Shown here in pieces: positions 38,946 through 52,254 of a DNA stretch of 64,000 bases (its first letter is position 1; each line of letters starts with the position of its first letter). The notes beneath the pieces are model-generated. The model worked only from the letters and a program-made list of their open reading frames with translations, had not been told where the DNA came from and made no database searches. The DNA comes from the human T2T-CHM13v2.0 reference genome, Homo sapiens, in assembly GCF_009914755.1 (NCBI RefSeq), contig NC_060944.1; one strand, written 5' to 3'. The position numbers were made by a program, and so were the translations under genes.

Positions 38946-40428
38946 CAGGACTATGCACCATCGAATGCCACCCATTCAATAAGCAGAAACTGCATTTTCA
39001 TCTCTCAGTAGATCCCAATATAAGCCTTTTCTATTCAAATGTGATGTCCTCAATGAACTCCTTTGATTACCCCTGTAGGGAAAATGTTCTTTTAAAAAAG
39101 AATTTCTAAAAACCCTATTCCAGGTGATTCTATGAGATCTTTCATCTCCTGTCTCAGAAGACTTATCCAGGGGTAGCAGGAACAGCTTGCATAGAATAGA
39201 ATTTGTTTCACGAACCATTTCTCCAGTCATTATTATAATTCCTTAGGCAAAAGATGATTTCAAAAATACCCTCCGAAATAGACACTGGAGCTCATAAGTT
39301 TGAGGAGCTGATGAAGCTTGCATAGATTGTAACCTTGTGTCCTATAAAAATGCAGTTCATTTATACCTGTTTTGCAGAGCAGAGGAAACACAACTTGAAA
39401 GGAAAACTTCATGTTTTGCAGTTTTTTAAATAAATGAAAGAAAAAGTGTCTCAAGACCAAGGCTGAATATAGTAGAATTTATGGAGTATCATTTGCTTTG
39501 GCACACATAATGTCAAGTGAAATGAAAGAATGGTGTGAAGAGATGAGGATGAGAAGAAGTACAGAATTTCCCTTTTCCCTTTTTATATTATGACTAATTC
39601 TAGAGGCCCTGCTAGGGACATCAGTGCTAAGTTGAATAAAATAAAGGAAGGGGTAAGACAGGACCATGGGGAAAGAAGCGATGTCACAAAAGTTCTGTAG
39701 TGAGCCAGTGGGCCACAAATTTACACGCTCCAGTCATGTCCAGAGTGATGGTACCTAAATGTTCAAGTGTAATTGAGCCATCAGAACTGCCAGCTTTTCT
39801 ACCTTCTCAAGAGATTCCTTGGGCCCCACACACACTCTGCAATGAAGACATTAAATGGTAGAATGGGTGCTGTCACCTGAGAAAGAGGGTAGCACATCTA
39901 ATTCCATGGGTCCTCTGGGCATAGCTTATGCAGAAGGCCATGTGTTTGGTGCTCTGAAACAGCTCCCTGCCCACAGGGGCTTCCAATCTGATTTCCTTTC
40001 TTTGGGGTTTCAAACCGTGTAACATCCAGACTGGAGTGTCTGACATAGAGGCTTTCTGGTATGTTCCATCCATTCTGAGGACCAACAACATGCCAGGTTC
40101 CAGGCTCCAGGCTAGGGTATGGAGGGGGTGTGGGCTGGTATACTGGTCCTGTCCCTTGCTTGAGTCTTCCACGAGCCACTTTTCCTCTCCTGTAAAATGG
40201 GAGATATTATATACATTTTGAAGGGAGTTTTCAAGGTTTGATTTATTTTTTGTGGAAGCCAGAGGTGGTTTGGCTTCTAAGAATAGCCTAGGCTCCCACC
40301 CATGCCCACCACAGCATATCATTACTTTCTCTTCAAGCAGATGCAAGTCCAAACTGCCTTACTGGGTTATATTGAGTCTATTAAAACTGCATGACAAAGT
40401 CACACCATACTTTGCACACCTCTTGGCA

Positions 40429-40606
40429 TTTCCTTCCTTCCTTCCTTCCTTCCTTCCTTCCTTCCTCCTTTCCTTCCTTCCTTCCTTTCTTCCTCCCTCC
40501 CCCTTCCTTCCTTCCTTCCTCCCTTCCTTCCTCCCTTCCCTTCCCTTCCCTTCCCTTCCCTTCTTTCTCTCTTTCTTTCTTTCCTTCTTTCTTTCTCCTT
40601 TCTTTC
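40429..40606. repeat. (CTTC)n/(CTTCC)n/(CTTT)n pyrimidine tract at an Alu tail
   Basis: Direct reading. Confidence 0.95.
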
Positions 40607-40858
40607 AACAGGGTTTCACTCTGTCACCCAGGCTGGAATGCAGCCTCCAATTCCTAGTCTCAAGCAATCCTCCCATCTCAGCCTCCTGAGTAGCTGGGAC
40701 TGCAGGCATGTGCCTGGGTGATTTTTATTTTTTAATTTTGTAGAGATAAGATCTCTCTATGTTGCCAAGACTGGTCTAGAACTCCTTGGCTCAAGCAATC
40801 CTCCTGCCAAAACATCCCCAAATGCTAAGATTACAGGCATGAACCACCGCACCTGGCC
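40607..40858 (-). mobile_element. AluJ with deletions
   Basis: cagggtttcactctgtcacccaggctgg...gattacaggcatgaaccaccgcacctggcc. Confidence 0.9.
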
Positions 40859-40891
40859 TTGGGAGTTTTCAATATAAATCCAAATTAATTC

Positions 40892-41210
40892 TGTTGAGGT
40901 GATCAGACCCAACACCAGGTCATGGGGGCGACGAAGTCCACTGGAGTCAAAGGAATGAGAAAAAGTTTGAGAGAGAAAGTGGGACCAGGGAGCCATCACG
41001 AGTGGGGAGGCTACGAAGGTCCCGAGCTCTGGGAGCCAAAGAAACAGGTAGTGAGGATGTGGGGGTTGAAAGGAAGCAGTGTATCAAGTGAATGAGAAAC
41101 ATATGGCTACTTGAGCTAATGGGAGTGATAGAAGCAAGGAGCCAGCAAGTCTAGCAGATATGCAAGCCCTACCTCAACTTCTGTCCCAACACTCAGCTTT
41201 TCTCCCAACA
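40892..41210 (-). mobile_element. ERVK-class solo LTR (LTR14A-like, HERV-K14/HML-1)
   Basis: TGTTG...CAACA termini; reverse complement starts tgttgggagaaaagctgagtgttggg and ends cctggtgttgggtctgatcacctcaaca; flanks aattc/aatta; family name from memory. Confidence 0.75.
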
Positions 41211-41710
41211 AATTATCTTTGCCTCTTTCCCTCAATACAGTAAAGTCCAATTACATTGCTGTCCATTTACAGAGCAACTCATCTTCCTTTTTCTTTTCTC
41301 TTCTACTTTCCATTGTATTCTTATGAAAATTAAACGAGGTAACACAGATAAATGCTACTAAGTAGAGTGACTTATACATAATAATTGCTCAGTAAATGCT
41401 AACAGCAGCGGCACTAGCAGCAGTTTATTATTATTTCAAGATTGCTGTCTTGTCTAGTGAGCCAGGTGTGCATGCCAATGTGTGCCTGGACTAGATGACC
41501 TTTATACTCCCCGAAGTGAAATATTATGTTACCGTCGTGCTGACAGCCAGTGAGCTCCCCAACTCCTCCCCAATTAATTAGCTATTTTATAGAACATTTC
41601 TCTACTGTGCATGTGCTAGAGGTTACAAGTAGAATACAGTGGAGAAGGGGTGATCGCAAGATCAGACATGACACCTCATTGTCTCAGATTCATCAATACA
41701 TTTTGACAGC

Positions 41711-42187
41711 TGTCATGGTTTGACTACCCCCAAAAAGCAGATTTAAAGGCAGGGGTTTGTGTGTAAGTTGTTAATTTGGGAGGTGACTTTTGGAAAGAGA
41801 GACAAAGAAAGGAAGCAAATAAAGAATGCATTATCATGGGATTTGCCACTGTGGGCAAGTGGAGTGTGAGCTCACTGAGCAACTCTGGGAAACTATAAAG
41901 CACACACCTCAGCATTATCCCCTGAGGGGTGAGGGAGCTGAGGTGTTAGTTAACCCAACAACTCTCAGTAATCATTGGTTGAAGAATGTTTTGGGGGTGC
42001 CTTGTTCCCTGGTCCTTTAGACCTGCCCTACATATGGCAAAGTGAGCTCTGGCCACCAGAAGGAGCCCTTGGGTAAAAGGGGCTGGCACCAGAAGGAGCC
42101 CTCAGGTAAAAGGTTTAAGTCAAAGCAGCTTGCAAGGACACAGCATATGCCAAGAAGATACATGCAGTGCATCGTCAGCATCTGCTC
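41711..42187 (-). mobile_element. LTR16-family ERVL LTR with internal ~33-bp tandem duplication (42048-42113)
   Basis: tgtcatggttt...aagcagatttaaaggcaggggtttgtgtgtaagttgttaatttgggaggtga; caccagaaggagccct...ggtaaaagg occurs twice. Confidence 0.7.
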
Positions 42188-44489
42188 TTGTTACCCAACT
42201 TATGAATATGCCATGTTATGTGTATAATACTCATATACCAAAGCCAGATCACAAAACAGCTGCAACTCCACTCTCTTAACGACAGACTGTGGCCACCTCA
42301 CCCTTGCCTACTAGGTGCCCCTTTGTGCTCCTGGGCGAAGCCAGTGACACCTTTTTAGCATTCTGCTGCTGTGCTCACTGCAGTAATAGGGGCAGTGTCA
42401 CTCTTATTACTTCACCTGTTTTATCTTTTGTGAAACTCAGCCCTTAGCCAGAATGGTCTGAGTGGCTGGTCTAGCAAGTGCTTAACGGTGAGGCTCCTTC
42501 AGCTCATTTCTCTCAAGTAATTTGATTTCACTGCACTATCAGAATTGCTTTTATGGGTTGGAAGGAGGCCTAGGGGGAAGAGGTTGACAAAAGCTGTTTT
42601 GAGATTAAAAAAAAAAAATGTATTGCCCAGTACCTGCCATCACATCCTCCATCTACACCCTCCAATCTCTCCTCCCGTGCATGGTAGGGTGTGCGTGTGT
42701 GTGTGTTCAGGAGAAATTAAAATAACAACACACAATGCATCTCACATTTGTATTTCTTTTCACCTGAGCTTGAAAAGTATACTGTTTGATTTCCTGTGAT
42801 CCCCACAACAGAACTTGTGTGCTAAGATGGAAAAATATTATGGCTATGTTCTCTGAAATTATCAAGCAAAGTGTAATTTTGCATTGACAGTCAATGTTGA
42901 CAATCCCTGTTCAACTGATGTCAACATATTGATCAACCCAGTGATACATCCTTCTCACTCAGGACAATCATAGGTTTCTATCAGTGCTGAAAGTCTCACG
43001 TTTGATAACTTCATAATATTTTTATTTTGAGGGTGTGCACGTGAATAAAAATAACACGGTGCCATGCTTTCCTCATTAAAGAGTTGGCAGGAATAGAGAG
43101 CTCAGAAGTGGATGTGAATTTCATGTGCAGAGTTCAAGGGAGTTTGATTTTTTTAAACTGCTGCTCCTAACTTCTGGATATTTATAACAATACAGTACCA
43201 ATTTAGAGCTTTTAGTTACTTGGAAGGCTGGTTAGTATAGCAACTACTTTCTAAATAATATGCAGTCTACACAGGGATTTATGATTTCATAAAATTGCTG
43301 GTGTTTTATCACAGCTTTGGGCCCCATGCTCGGCTGGGTGGGGTGAGGATATGGATGAAAACCCTTTGAGGTTAAAACCACCACAAAATACATTTTTCAG
43401 CTGAAAATAAAATGATTGAGTGCATAAAGAATAGTTTTTAGATTTGTGAGTTTCGCCTGGACATTGGTCTCTAGAGCGCTGCCTTCTTACAAACTGCAAG
43501 AAAGGCAGTTAAAGCTGAGGTGAGACCTGGCAACAGATCTAGAAGGGGATGTTGACGGAAGCCCTGGGCAGACTCTGAATGGTGCATGGGGTTAAGGTTT
43601 TAAAGCCTGGCTTAAATATACCAAATTATTATTATACCAACATTATGTTCAATTTTATTTTAATTTTTTTCTAGTGAGAACCTCCTTGAAATGATTGATT
43701 TAAAGTATCACCATATGCCTTTCTATGATATGGTAATCTATAGCCCCAAATAGACTTTCATTTTAAAGTTTAAAACAAAAGCTAATCTGTTGCTTCTGAC
43801 TCCAAAAAGGACAGTTTTACTGGCAGAGTAAGTCATGTCTATCTTTATTTTAGTGGAATATGCTAGAGTTCTAGTAAACATATTTGAATTTTATATCAGG
43901 TGAACAAAATTAGTTTCTACATGACAGCCTTTGGACAAAGTTAAAGATAATAGGGAAATATCAATAACAGTAAAAAATAAAAACTAAATAGAGAGGAAAA
44001 TTGTCCCCAGCAAAGTGAAAACCAGATTTACTGTAGCTGCATTGGAACCATTCTGGGTTTTCAATAATTCCAACAAACATACAGTTTAGACATGGGGTAG
44101 AATCTTCAATGAGTCTTTATTGCTATGTCTTTCTGTAGTGAAATTTGATGAAAAGAAATATTGGCTTAATAACCAAGTGAAAGGAAAATGTCCACCTAAT
44201 GAGTTATTTGATGTGCTATGGATGAAAACAACTGTAAATTCAACTTGCTGTTTCACTTCTGTCTCTTTTATTTAAATTGTCTTGATGGTCTGCTGACAGA
44301 ATTGGTCCTTTCTTGGCTTAGGAACATCACTGCTTTGCAGCGAGAAGACAGGCAAATCATAAAACTTGTCTTGGCTTCTAGTTATAAAAAGTATTGACTA
44401 GCCTAAAGCTATCTTTAATAGCTTGAAATGTGGTCAAGAGAATTTAATTAGAAAGTACATCTCAACATGCTAAATAAATAGATCAGCAG

Positions 44490-45032
44490 AGATTATTAAA
44501 ACACATCATTTTACACTTTCATATACTTCTGGTGGGAGTGTTATTGGCACAGCTGCTTTGGAAAACTGGCAGAATCTCCCAGAGTCAAGCATAACATGGA
44601 GTCCAGCAGCCCTTCCTCCTGGATATATACTCAACAGAAACACATGCTTATGTCCACCAAGACATGTATGAGAATGTTCATGGCAGCTTTATTCATATTA
44701 GTGTCAAACTGGGAATAGTCTAGTTGTTCATCAACACTCGACTGGATAAACAGATTGTGGAATATCCATACAATGGAATGCAACACTACAATGAAATAAG
44801 CTACTGTTATATGTAACACCATGGGTAAATCAGGCAGGCATAATTTTGAACAAAATATAGACAAAAAAGAACACACATTATATAATTCATATATGTGGAG
44901 TATAAAAACAGACAAAACTAACCTTTGATCATAGAAGTCAGAATAGTGGTTATTTTGAGGGCTGGGCATTGACTCAGGACAAGGCAGCTTTCTGGGGTAT
45001 TAGAAGTATCTTATACCTTGAGCTGCATAATG

Positions 45033-45083
<51 letters not shown>

Positions 45084-45130
45084 CAGTATATAAAATATTT
45101 GCAAGCACTTTCAATACAAAAGTAAATAAG
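44490..45130 (+). mobile_element. L1ME-type 3' end with embedded (TG)n
   Basis: agaatgttcatggcagctttattcat...ggataaacagattgtggaatatccatacaatggaat...agaagtcagaatagtggtta; (TG)n at about 45035-45083. Confidence 0.85.
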
Positions 45131-45904
45131 AAAAAAATCATTTATTTATCGTATAAGTCAACTTTCACATTTACAACAAAAGTTAATTTTATGAATCTAT
45201 GCTAATGAGTAGAAAACTAAGCTTTGGAATGCCAGTAGAAGCACAGAATCTGTGTGCACCTGGATACACACACATGCAACTCCCTGCATGCCTGACCCTA
45301 AATTATTCATGGCTTGTTCAGCCTCATTGACCCTCATACTTGGAAGAAATTTCCCATGTCATCTAATTCAGTGATTCATCTGAAGCTTGTCTGTAGCCTC
45401 CCCTCCGGGTGGCCATTCTACTTTTGTGAACAAAAGTCCCCTGGTGACCAGAATATGTTGTGATGTTCTGAGGAAGGCCTTTTTCTCTTGGAAGTCCATC
45501 CCTAGGCTAAAATCTGTCTTTGTCTATTCATTGGTCTTATTTATAACCCCGGAGGTCTTGTAGTTAAGTGGAGAAAGAATTGTCCTGTTGCTGTTTATCC
45601 TGAACATCATGCTTTACCTTGTATATCCATGTCCACTGAAAGCAGGCATATTATCAGGGATATTCATCTTGATATTTTTCTCCCCTTTTAATTAATCACA
45701 AAACATCTTCCTATGAGGAACTAGATTTTCACATAAATCTCTATATTTTTCCCCAGGGATGAAAAGGGATATTCTGAATATAACAATCTGTTGAGTACCT
45801 TCTCAGCATCCCTTCCTCCTCCCCATACTCTAAGGCTAAACACCCCTGTGCTCCCAGGAGTGAGCCTTTTCCTGTTGTCAATATGTACAAAGATCCACAA
45901 GTCT

Positions 45905-47520
45905 GTAATCCAGTCAGTCATTCAACACCTAGTTATTGATCATTCTCTATGTGCCAGCAATGTTTTAGGTATCCAGTGATAAGCAAAGACAGATGTGTTA
46001 TCTGCCTCCCAGGGTTTTCACTCTATTAAGGTTATTAATCACATATTTACATAAATAAATGCAGAACTGCAACTGTGATGGGTCTGTGAGGTAAAGGTAC
46101 ATGGTATTATGAAAACACAACATAGGGAGTCATCAGTGTCAGAGAAGCCTTTCCTGAAGAAGTGATCACCTGGCAGAGGACAAATAAAATGGATATACAC
46201 TAGGAAAAAAGGAGGAGAAATGTCATTTCAGAAAGAGGAAAGAGCATGAGCAAGGCCTTATGACAGGAAGGCAAAATAAAAATACCACATTCAAAGACCA
46301 GAAAGAAGGCCAGTGTCGTTGCAGTGGAGGAAACAAAGAGCAATGCAACATGAGATGAGACTAGAGAGACAAGACAGGGCCAGCTTATTCAGGGGAGAAA
46401 TGTTGCCACTAACTTGGGGAGTGGCTTGAAGCTAGAGTCGGCTTCAAATGATTGTGATGCTTGTGATGCTTGTGAAAGAGTATTCCTTGGAAAGTAGCTG
46501 AGCAAACAAACTAACGAGAAAACAAGTTTTGAGAGAGCTGTTTAAATCAGTAACTTTGAATCGGGAATGTTGCATCAAGGTCCAGGGCACGATCCATGGA
46601 GGAAGTTGTTGTGGAAGATGAGCGGGTCAATGGACTGGCTAAGCGCGGGGTGGGTCACTCTTGTGGATGTTGAAATCACGTGGGGTTACAGCAAACCTTG
46701 AGGTTAAGATGAAAACCATAACTCAATGCCAGATGCTCTGATGAATATGAGAGAGTGACCAGGAGGTCACAAATAATTGAGAACTGACCATAGTTGCCAT
46801 GGTTCTATGACAACTTGTATAATTTCTCTGTGGGGAATTATGTCTTCTAAAGGTGAATGTTAATACTGATGGTCATTGCAACTGAGTGTGATTGCAGTAT
46901 TTATTCGTTTTTTATAGCCCTATAATTTTATGATTTAAGTACTTATTCAACATACCTAACATTTGGAGAAGAATTTTATGAGATGAGAATAAATAAGAGA
47001 AGACTGAGAAATAAATCTAGAAAGGCCCCCTGGGGTCATTGGAATGTGTAACACAAAGCTAAGGTGCCTGTGTTTATTCTGTGTTGGAGAGTCAACAAAG
47101 GCTGCCTCTGTTTTGTGTAAGGTTGAGGTGTAATGCTAACTATGCCTATGCCTAGGAAGAATCACTTGAAAGTGGCTTGCAGGATAGATTGGAGAAGGGA
47201 AGGAAGACCAAAGGAGCACAGCTGTCAACTACAGTTGTCTGGGTGAGGGCCGATCAGACCTTGAATGAAATCAATGGGAAAGGGAGGAAAGGAAGGGGCG
47301 GTGGAAAATAGTTCAGAGGGACAATGCCTTTAGGACTTGGTTACCAACAGGGAAGTCCGTCAAACATGGCGGTAACTAGGAGAGAGGTAAAGCCATAGAC
47401 AGAAACCAGAAAGCCAGGGATGACATTTGTTTTAGGTAGGAGCATGTATTGCATTGCTGGTGCTGAAGTGTATTAAAGGGAAGTATCCAGGCGATTATAA
47501 ATCTAGATGTTAAATTCAGG
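45905..47520 (-). mobile_element. L2 fragments
   Basis: cagtcattcaacacctagttattgatc...ctatgtgccagc...tcagagaagcctttcctgaagaagtga...gttgaaatcac. Confidence 0.65.
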
Positions 47521-47595
47521 GCAGAGATGGACTGAAAAGGCCTCCTATGGTTAATCCCCTAACAGGAAATGCCCATCCTGGCCTCCTTCTCCTTC

Positions 47596-47883
47596 TTTTT
47601 TTTTGAGACAGAGTCTTGCTCTGTTGCCCAGGCTGGAGTGCAGTGGCATAATCTTGGCTCACTGCAACCTCTGCCTCGCAGGTTCAAGCAATTCCCTGCC
47701 TCAGCCTCCCAAGTAGCTGGCATTACAGGTGCCCACCACCACGTTTGGCTAAGTTTTGTATTTTTAGTAGAGATGGGGTTTCAGCATCTTGGCCAGGCTG
47801 GTCTTGAGCTCCTGACCTCGTGATCCTCCCACCTCGGCCCTTCAAAGTGCTGGAGTTACAGGCGTGAGCCACCGCACCTGGCC
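47596..47883 (-). mobile_element. AluS (Sg-like) with 18-bp TSD
   Basis: Full antisense Alu; gcctccttctccttcttt at 47581 and 47884. Confidence 0.95.
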
Positions 47884-48919
47884 GCCTCCTTCTCCTTCTT
47901 TGCAGCTCACCCGTACTCTCATTCTGCTTTTCTCTCCCGTTCATTTTTCCTAACCTTTCCCATTGATTCCTCGGGACTCACAGCTTATTTCTGAGAATAA
48001 TGTCTCCTTGGTTCCCCATTTTACAGCTCTCTTCCTCAAATATTCTATTATTTCCTGCAAGCCTCACACTTCTTTCTAACTTAGTCCTCTTTATCTGTGT
48101 CCACATACCCCTAATACACTTGTCATGCTGCATTTTGTTTGCCTCTTTACTTGTCTATTTCCTCCCCTAGACTTTGGGCTTTTAGAGGACAGGGACTCAT
48201 TAAAAGTATGACATAGCTACTCGTGTGGGGTTCAGTAATACTTTTTAAATAAATTAACTGACAATTAACTTTAAAGAAAATTTAAGAGTTTTACATTTTG
48301 GTGCATTCATTTAAAGAAAACGAATAGGATTAAACAATTCATAACAAATGCACAATCCCAAATGTGGTAGACATTGCAAAGGTTCAAGAACTTACGCACA
48401 TTTTCTGTATAACAGTCATTGTCTCTAAGAAAAATTAAGCTTGGCTCTGATTTGTTTTGTCCCCTTTCTTAATGAACTCTCTAGCAAAGCCTGTAGAAAC
48501 CTAATCAGGAAAGCAACACATATTCTTGGAAATGGGGACAATATCTGTCTTTTTCTTGTCCTCTCACTCATTTTTTTTCTGAAGACGTACTGAGATCTGA
48601 ACCATCAGTTTGAACTACTAGAATACATATTTGCCCTCCAATAAAACTGGGTCTTTTAAGTCTTGGTTCTCTCCATTTCCGCAACGTCTCTCTCTTTCTG
48701 CGTCTGTATGGAAAATGTTCCAGGAGACTCTGGACCAGAAGATATCCTCATAGACAAGCCGTATAAAGAAAAAAAGAGGGCTGAGTTTAGGATGCTGGGA
48801 ATGGCACACATTTAATGAATGCCGCTAGAAAGAAGCCAGGAAAGAATTGGTCAAACAGGAAGAATAAGACGTGGAAGAAGGCAGGGTTGAAAAATTCAGG
48901 AGAAGAAGTCACACATTCA

Positions 48920-49090
48920 TCAAGACAGAAGTAGATTAATGGTTACCAGGGGCTTTGGGTGACAGATTGGGGAGTGACCGTTAATGGGTACAGATTTTTG
49001 TTTTGGGATGATAAAAATATTCTGGAATTAGTGATGATGGCAAGACTTTAAAAACATGGTACAAACCACTGAATTGTAAACTTTAAAACA
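48920..49090 (+). mobile_element. L1MB/L1ME 3' terminal fragment
   Basis: agacagaagtagattaatggttaccaggggc...aatgggtacag...ccactgaattgtaaactttaaa. Confidence 0.8.
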
Positions 49091-50067
49091 ATAAGTAATA
49101 AAGTTTAAAAAATAAAAATTCTGTGAGAGGAGAATAAAACATAAAAAAACTAGTCAAACACATCTAACACTAGAGAGCTTGAAGATAAATTGAAAGGTGA
49201 TGGGATTTGGTGATTAGGAAGGCAGTGGTGAGCTCAAAGAGCGTAGTTTCAGTAGCATAGTTACTCCTATCTCTTCTGCTTCCTGCTCTGTAAATATATA
49301 CATTGATAAGGTTATTCCTTCACATACCATCACTATTGGCAGAATGTTTGATGACTCTGCAGGTCCAGGAATGTGTTTGGTTTAGATCAGCTATGGTGAC
49401 ATTCTGAATGTGTTTTGGAGACTCTGAGCATGTACGCTTCTGCTCTTTGGGACAAAGCATAAGTCTGTCATTCTTGCTGCCCTTCTAAAACCAAACCTAT
49501 GCAACAAGACCTGATTATCTCATGCTGTCTCAATTCCAAGCATCACCTCTGATGGCCCCAAGTGAAACAGGAAATACCCTCTTTGAATTCTGACAATAAG
49601 TTTCTGTGGTATGTTTCATTGGTGGAGTTCTGCTGGCCTTGTGACTGGCAGAACTGACCCTGGACTAACTGCATGTTTTCTCTGAGACACATGTACTTTT
49701 TTTTTAAGCTGAGGATAATAAACTTTAATCTGAGCACTTCTTACGAGAAAATAATATGAAAGTATATTGTAATCTATTATGCATATGTAAATATGTTTTT
49801 AATTGATATTGTTATAAGATTAGAGACACAATTAAATTATTTATTGTCTTTTTGTTTTTTAAACTCTGTACTGGCGTAGGACCAGCCTTCTTAATGCCTG
49901 TGTGTAGGATCACAGGCTTCATATCCATGTACATCTTACTGAGGCCTGTACTTATTTGTTGAACTGAATGTTGTTTAAATGAGAAAACTCCAGTATCATA
50001 GCGTGATTAGCCTCCCTTTTGCCTTCATCTTTCGTTGTTCATTTGTTTTTTCCTGCTCTTCATCTAG

Positions 50068-50141
50068 GCTTTCCCAACGAGCCTGCTGCAGTCATTGCCC
50101 TCAACACCATTAAGGAATGGCTTGCCAAGAATCACCATGAG
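50068..50141 (+). CDS. MACROD2: MACROD2 (ADP-ribose glycohydrolase) internal coding exon, 74 nt, probably exon 8
   Basis: Acceptor tttgttttttcctgctcttcatctAG (50066-67) and donor GAG|GTAGGA (50142). Phase 1 start: GC TTT CCC AAC GAG CCT GCT GCA GTC ATT GCC CTC AAC ACC ATT AAG GAA TGG CTT GCC AAG AAT CAC CAT GAG = (G)FPNEPAAVIALNTIKEWLAKNHHE, which follows the macrodomain ISTGIY motif in MACROD2. Exon number is from memory. Confidence 0.97.
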
Positions 50142-51254
50142 GTAGGAGGAACGACATAATCAGTGAACATCCAAGATGATGTAATTTGATGCTCAGATCC
50201 CCCCAAAAAAGCACATAAATTTTATAAATATCAACTACACCTAGTCATTGAGCCAAACCTAGCTGACCATTCTTCACTTGGGTTACATGAGTAATTAAAT
50301 GTTTTTTGGTAATTGATAGAATGCAGCAACTCTATTGATCTATCTGGTGAAGTGACCAGATTCATTTAGCCATAATCTAATTTTTTTACATTGGTGGATA
50401 GTATGGGTTATATGTGTGAAAAAGAGAAGGAGATGGATTTCATTAAGAATAAGGAGTTTTCCTATGCTATTTTCCTTAAAGCTAAGTTATCTTTGTTGAC
50501 TTGAGGTTCCTGGTGTACAGTAATTGTCTGGTATCTGTGTTCTTTGGATTTATAACTAATCACTTCCCTAAAGTCACTTCTGAGTGTGAGATTGAAGTGG
50601 GCTTGTATAATTGATCACAAAATCGTTATGAGCGGGATTTCTTATGAAACTAAATGCCTTCATCAGAGTATTCATCATCCTCCTATTCTGCTTACTTAAT
50701 AAGATCTTTGTGATACGTTTAGTGATGAATAGGGGAATTACTCAAGTAAACAAAGCAGCAAAATAACTAGAGACCGTGGAGCGTTAAATTTCAGAGATTT
50801 GTCAATTTACATATTGTAACAGCTAGGAGGTTTCAGGCAATGCACAGTCTTATGCATTTTTCTTCTGATTTTGTTTTTCTCCTCAGTTATTCACATAAGG
50901 GCTATAAAAATTGTGTTTCATTTTCTGATGGACCATGAATTTAGCTATTTTCCTTGGGTAGGAGATGAATTATTTGGAAATAATTAGATATGGAAACAGG
51001 TGACGGGGTTTTCAAATGAGAAAGCACTTGGTACTTTTGTGTGTTTGAAGAAACAGCAGTGTCATTTTCTAATTATTGTAATTTCGGCATTTGTTGACCA
51101 CGTGGCCAAACCTATCCATTTGGGTGCTTACCCTTTATTTTCTTCTTACTTTGAAATGTATAAATATGGCAACTTCAATTTAAAGGATATCTTAAATCAC
51201 CTAAAAGAAGCAGGAGAAAAACAAATAGCTAAAATAGCCAGCTTACAAAACATG

Positions 51255-51420
51255 TCTTTGACACATTTTATTTTCTTTTCACAACAACCTTATGAAATCT
51301 CTAGGGTAGGTATATGTTATCTTCATCTGCATTTGCCTTCAAAAGGTTAAATGACATACTCAAGATTGGAAAGTCACAGAGCCAAGAGACTAATCCAGCT
51401 CTCATAACTCACTGGACGTT
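51255..51420 (-). mobile_element. MIR fragment
   Basis: tcacaacaaccttatga...ggtaggtat...aggttaaatgacatactcaagat. Confidence 0.65.
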
Positions 51421-52254
51421 CCTCATTGGAATGCCACCAAGGCCAGAAAGAGAAACTCAGTTCCTTTAAAAGCCAGTTATCTTCAATATATTGCTTGGTC
51501 ATAGTAAATGTTCCACACCTGGATTAACTGCTTTGCAAAAGTGTAGCATGTTGCATGAGTGAAAGTTGATAACTGAGCAAGCGTATCAGTGCATATCCAT
51601 CATTTCCACTAGAATAGTAATCCAAGGATATGCCCCACTGGAGGAAGTTTTCATGCATCATCTTGGGATGTGATGGACATATGCATAAAGTCATATCATC
51701 GAGGATGTAGTGATGAAGAATAAACATGTTGGTCACAGGTACATCTCATCGACAAATTCTACTCATTGATTCTCTCTAGCTAAATTATTCAGAAAGTTAT
51801 TTTCCATAGAAATTTTCTAATCTAGTGTTTTCTACTTAATTCACTTGCCTACCCTATCTTTGAGTCCATTCTTTTGCTTTCATACCCTTTTATTTTTCTG
51901 CTAATTTCTTGGGTCCATTGTAGAAAATATAGATAATTTGGATTGAGAAACTCAGTTATTGCTATTGCAACTGTAAACATATCCTGTACTGATTCCCTTT
52001 TAAAAAAGACCCCTAGTTTCAATATTCTAATTTAAGCAAGTCAATTTGAACATATCAGGTTTTTCTAAATAAATGAATTATAATTGGTAGGTCTTAGATA
52101 AAAGCTAAATAAATTGATTAGCAGTATTTTGATTTATTTTTTCCTCTGTTAAAACAAACAACAGACTAGGTTAAGGACTTATAAAAGAGTATTGCTTCTA
52201 ATTGTTTTCTCTTCATTGCAGTATTATTTTGATGTTCTGATTGGTTAAGCTACT

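Noticed and set aside
50722-50868. Possible intronic C/D snoRNA (GTGATGA ... CTGA)
   Set aside because: No terminal stem, no C'/D' boxes and no recognisable rRNA antisense element.
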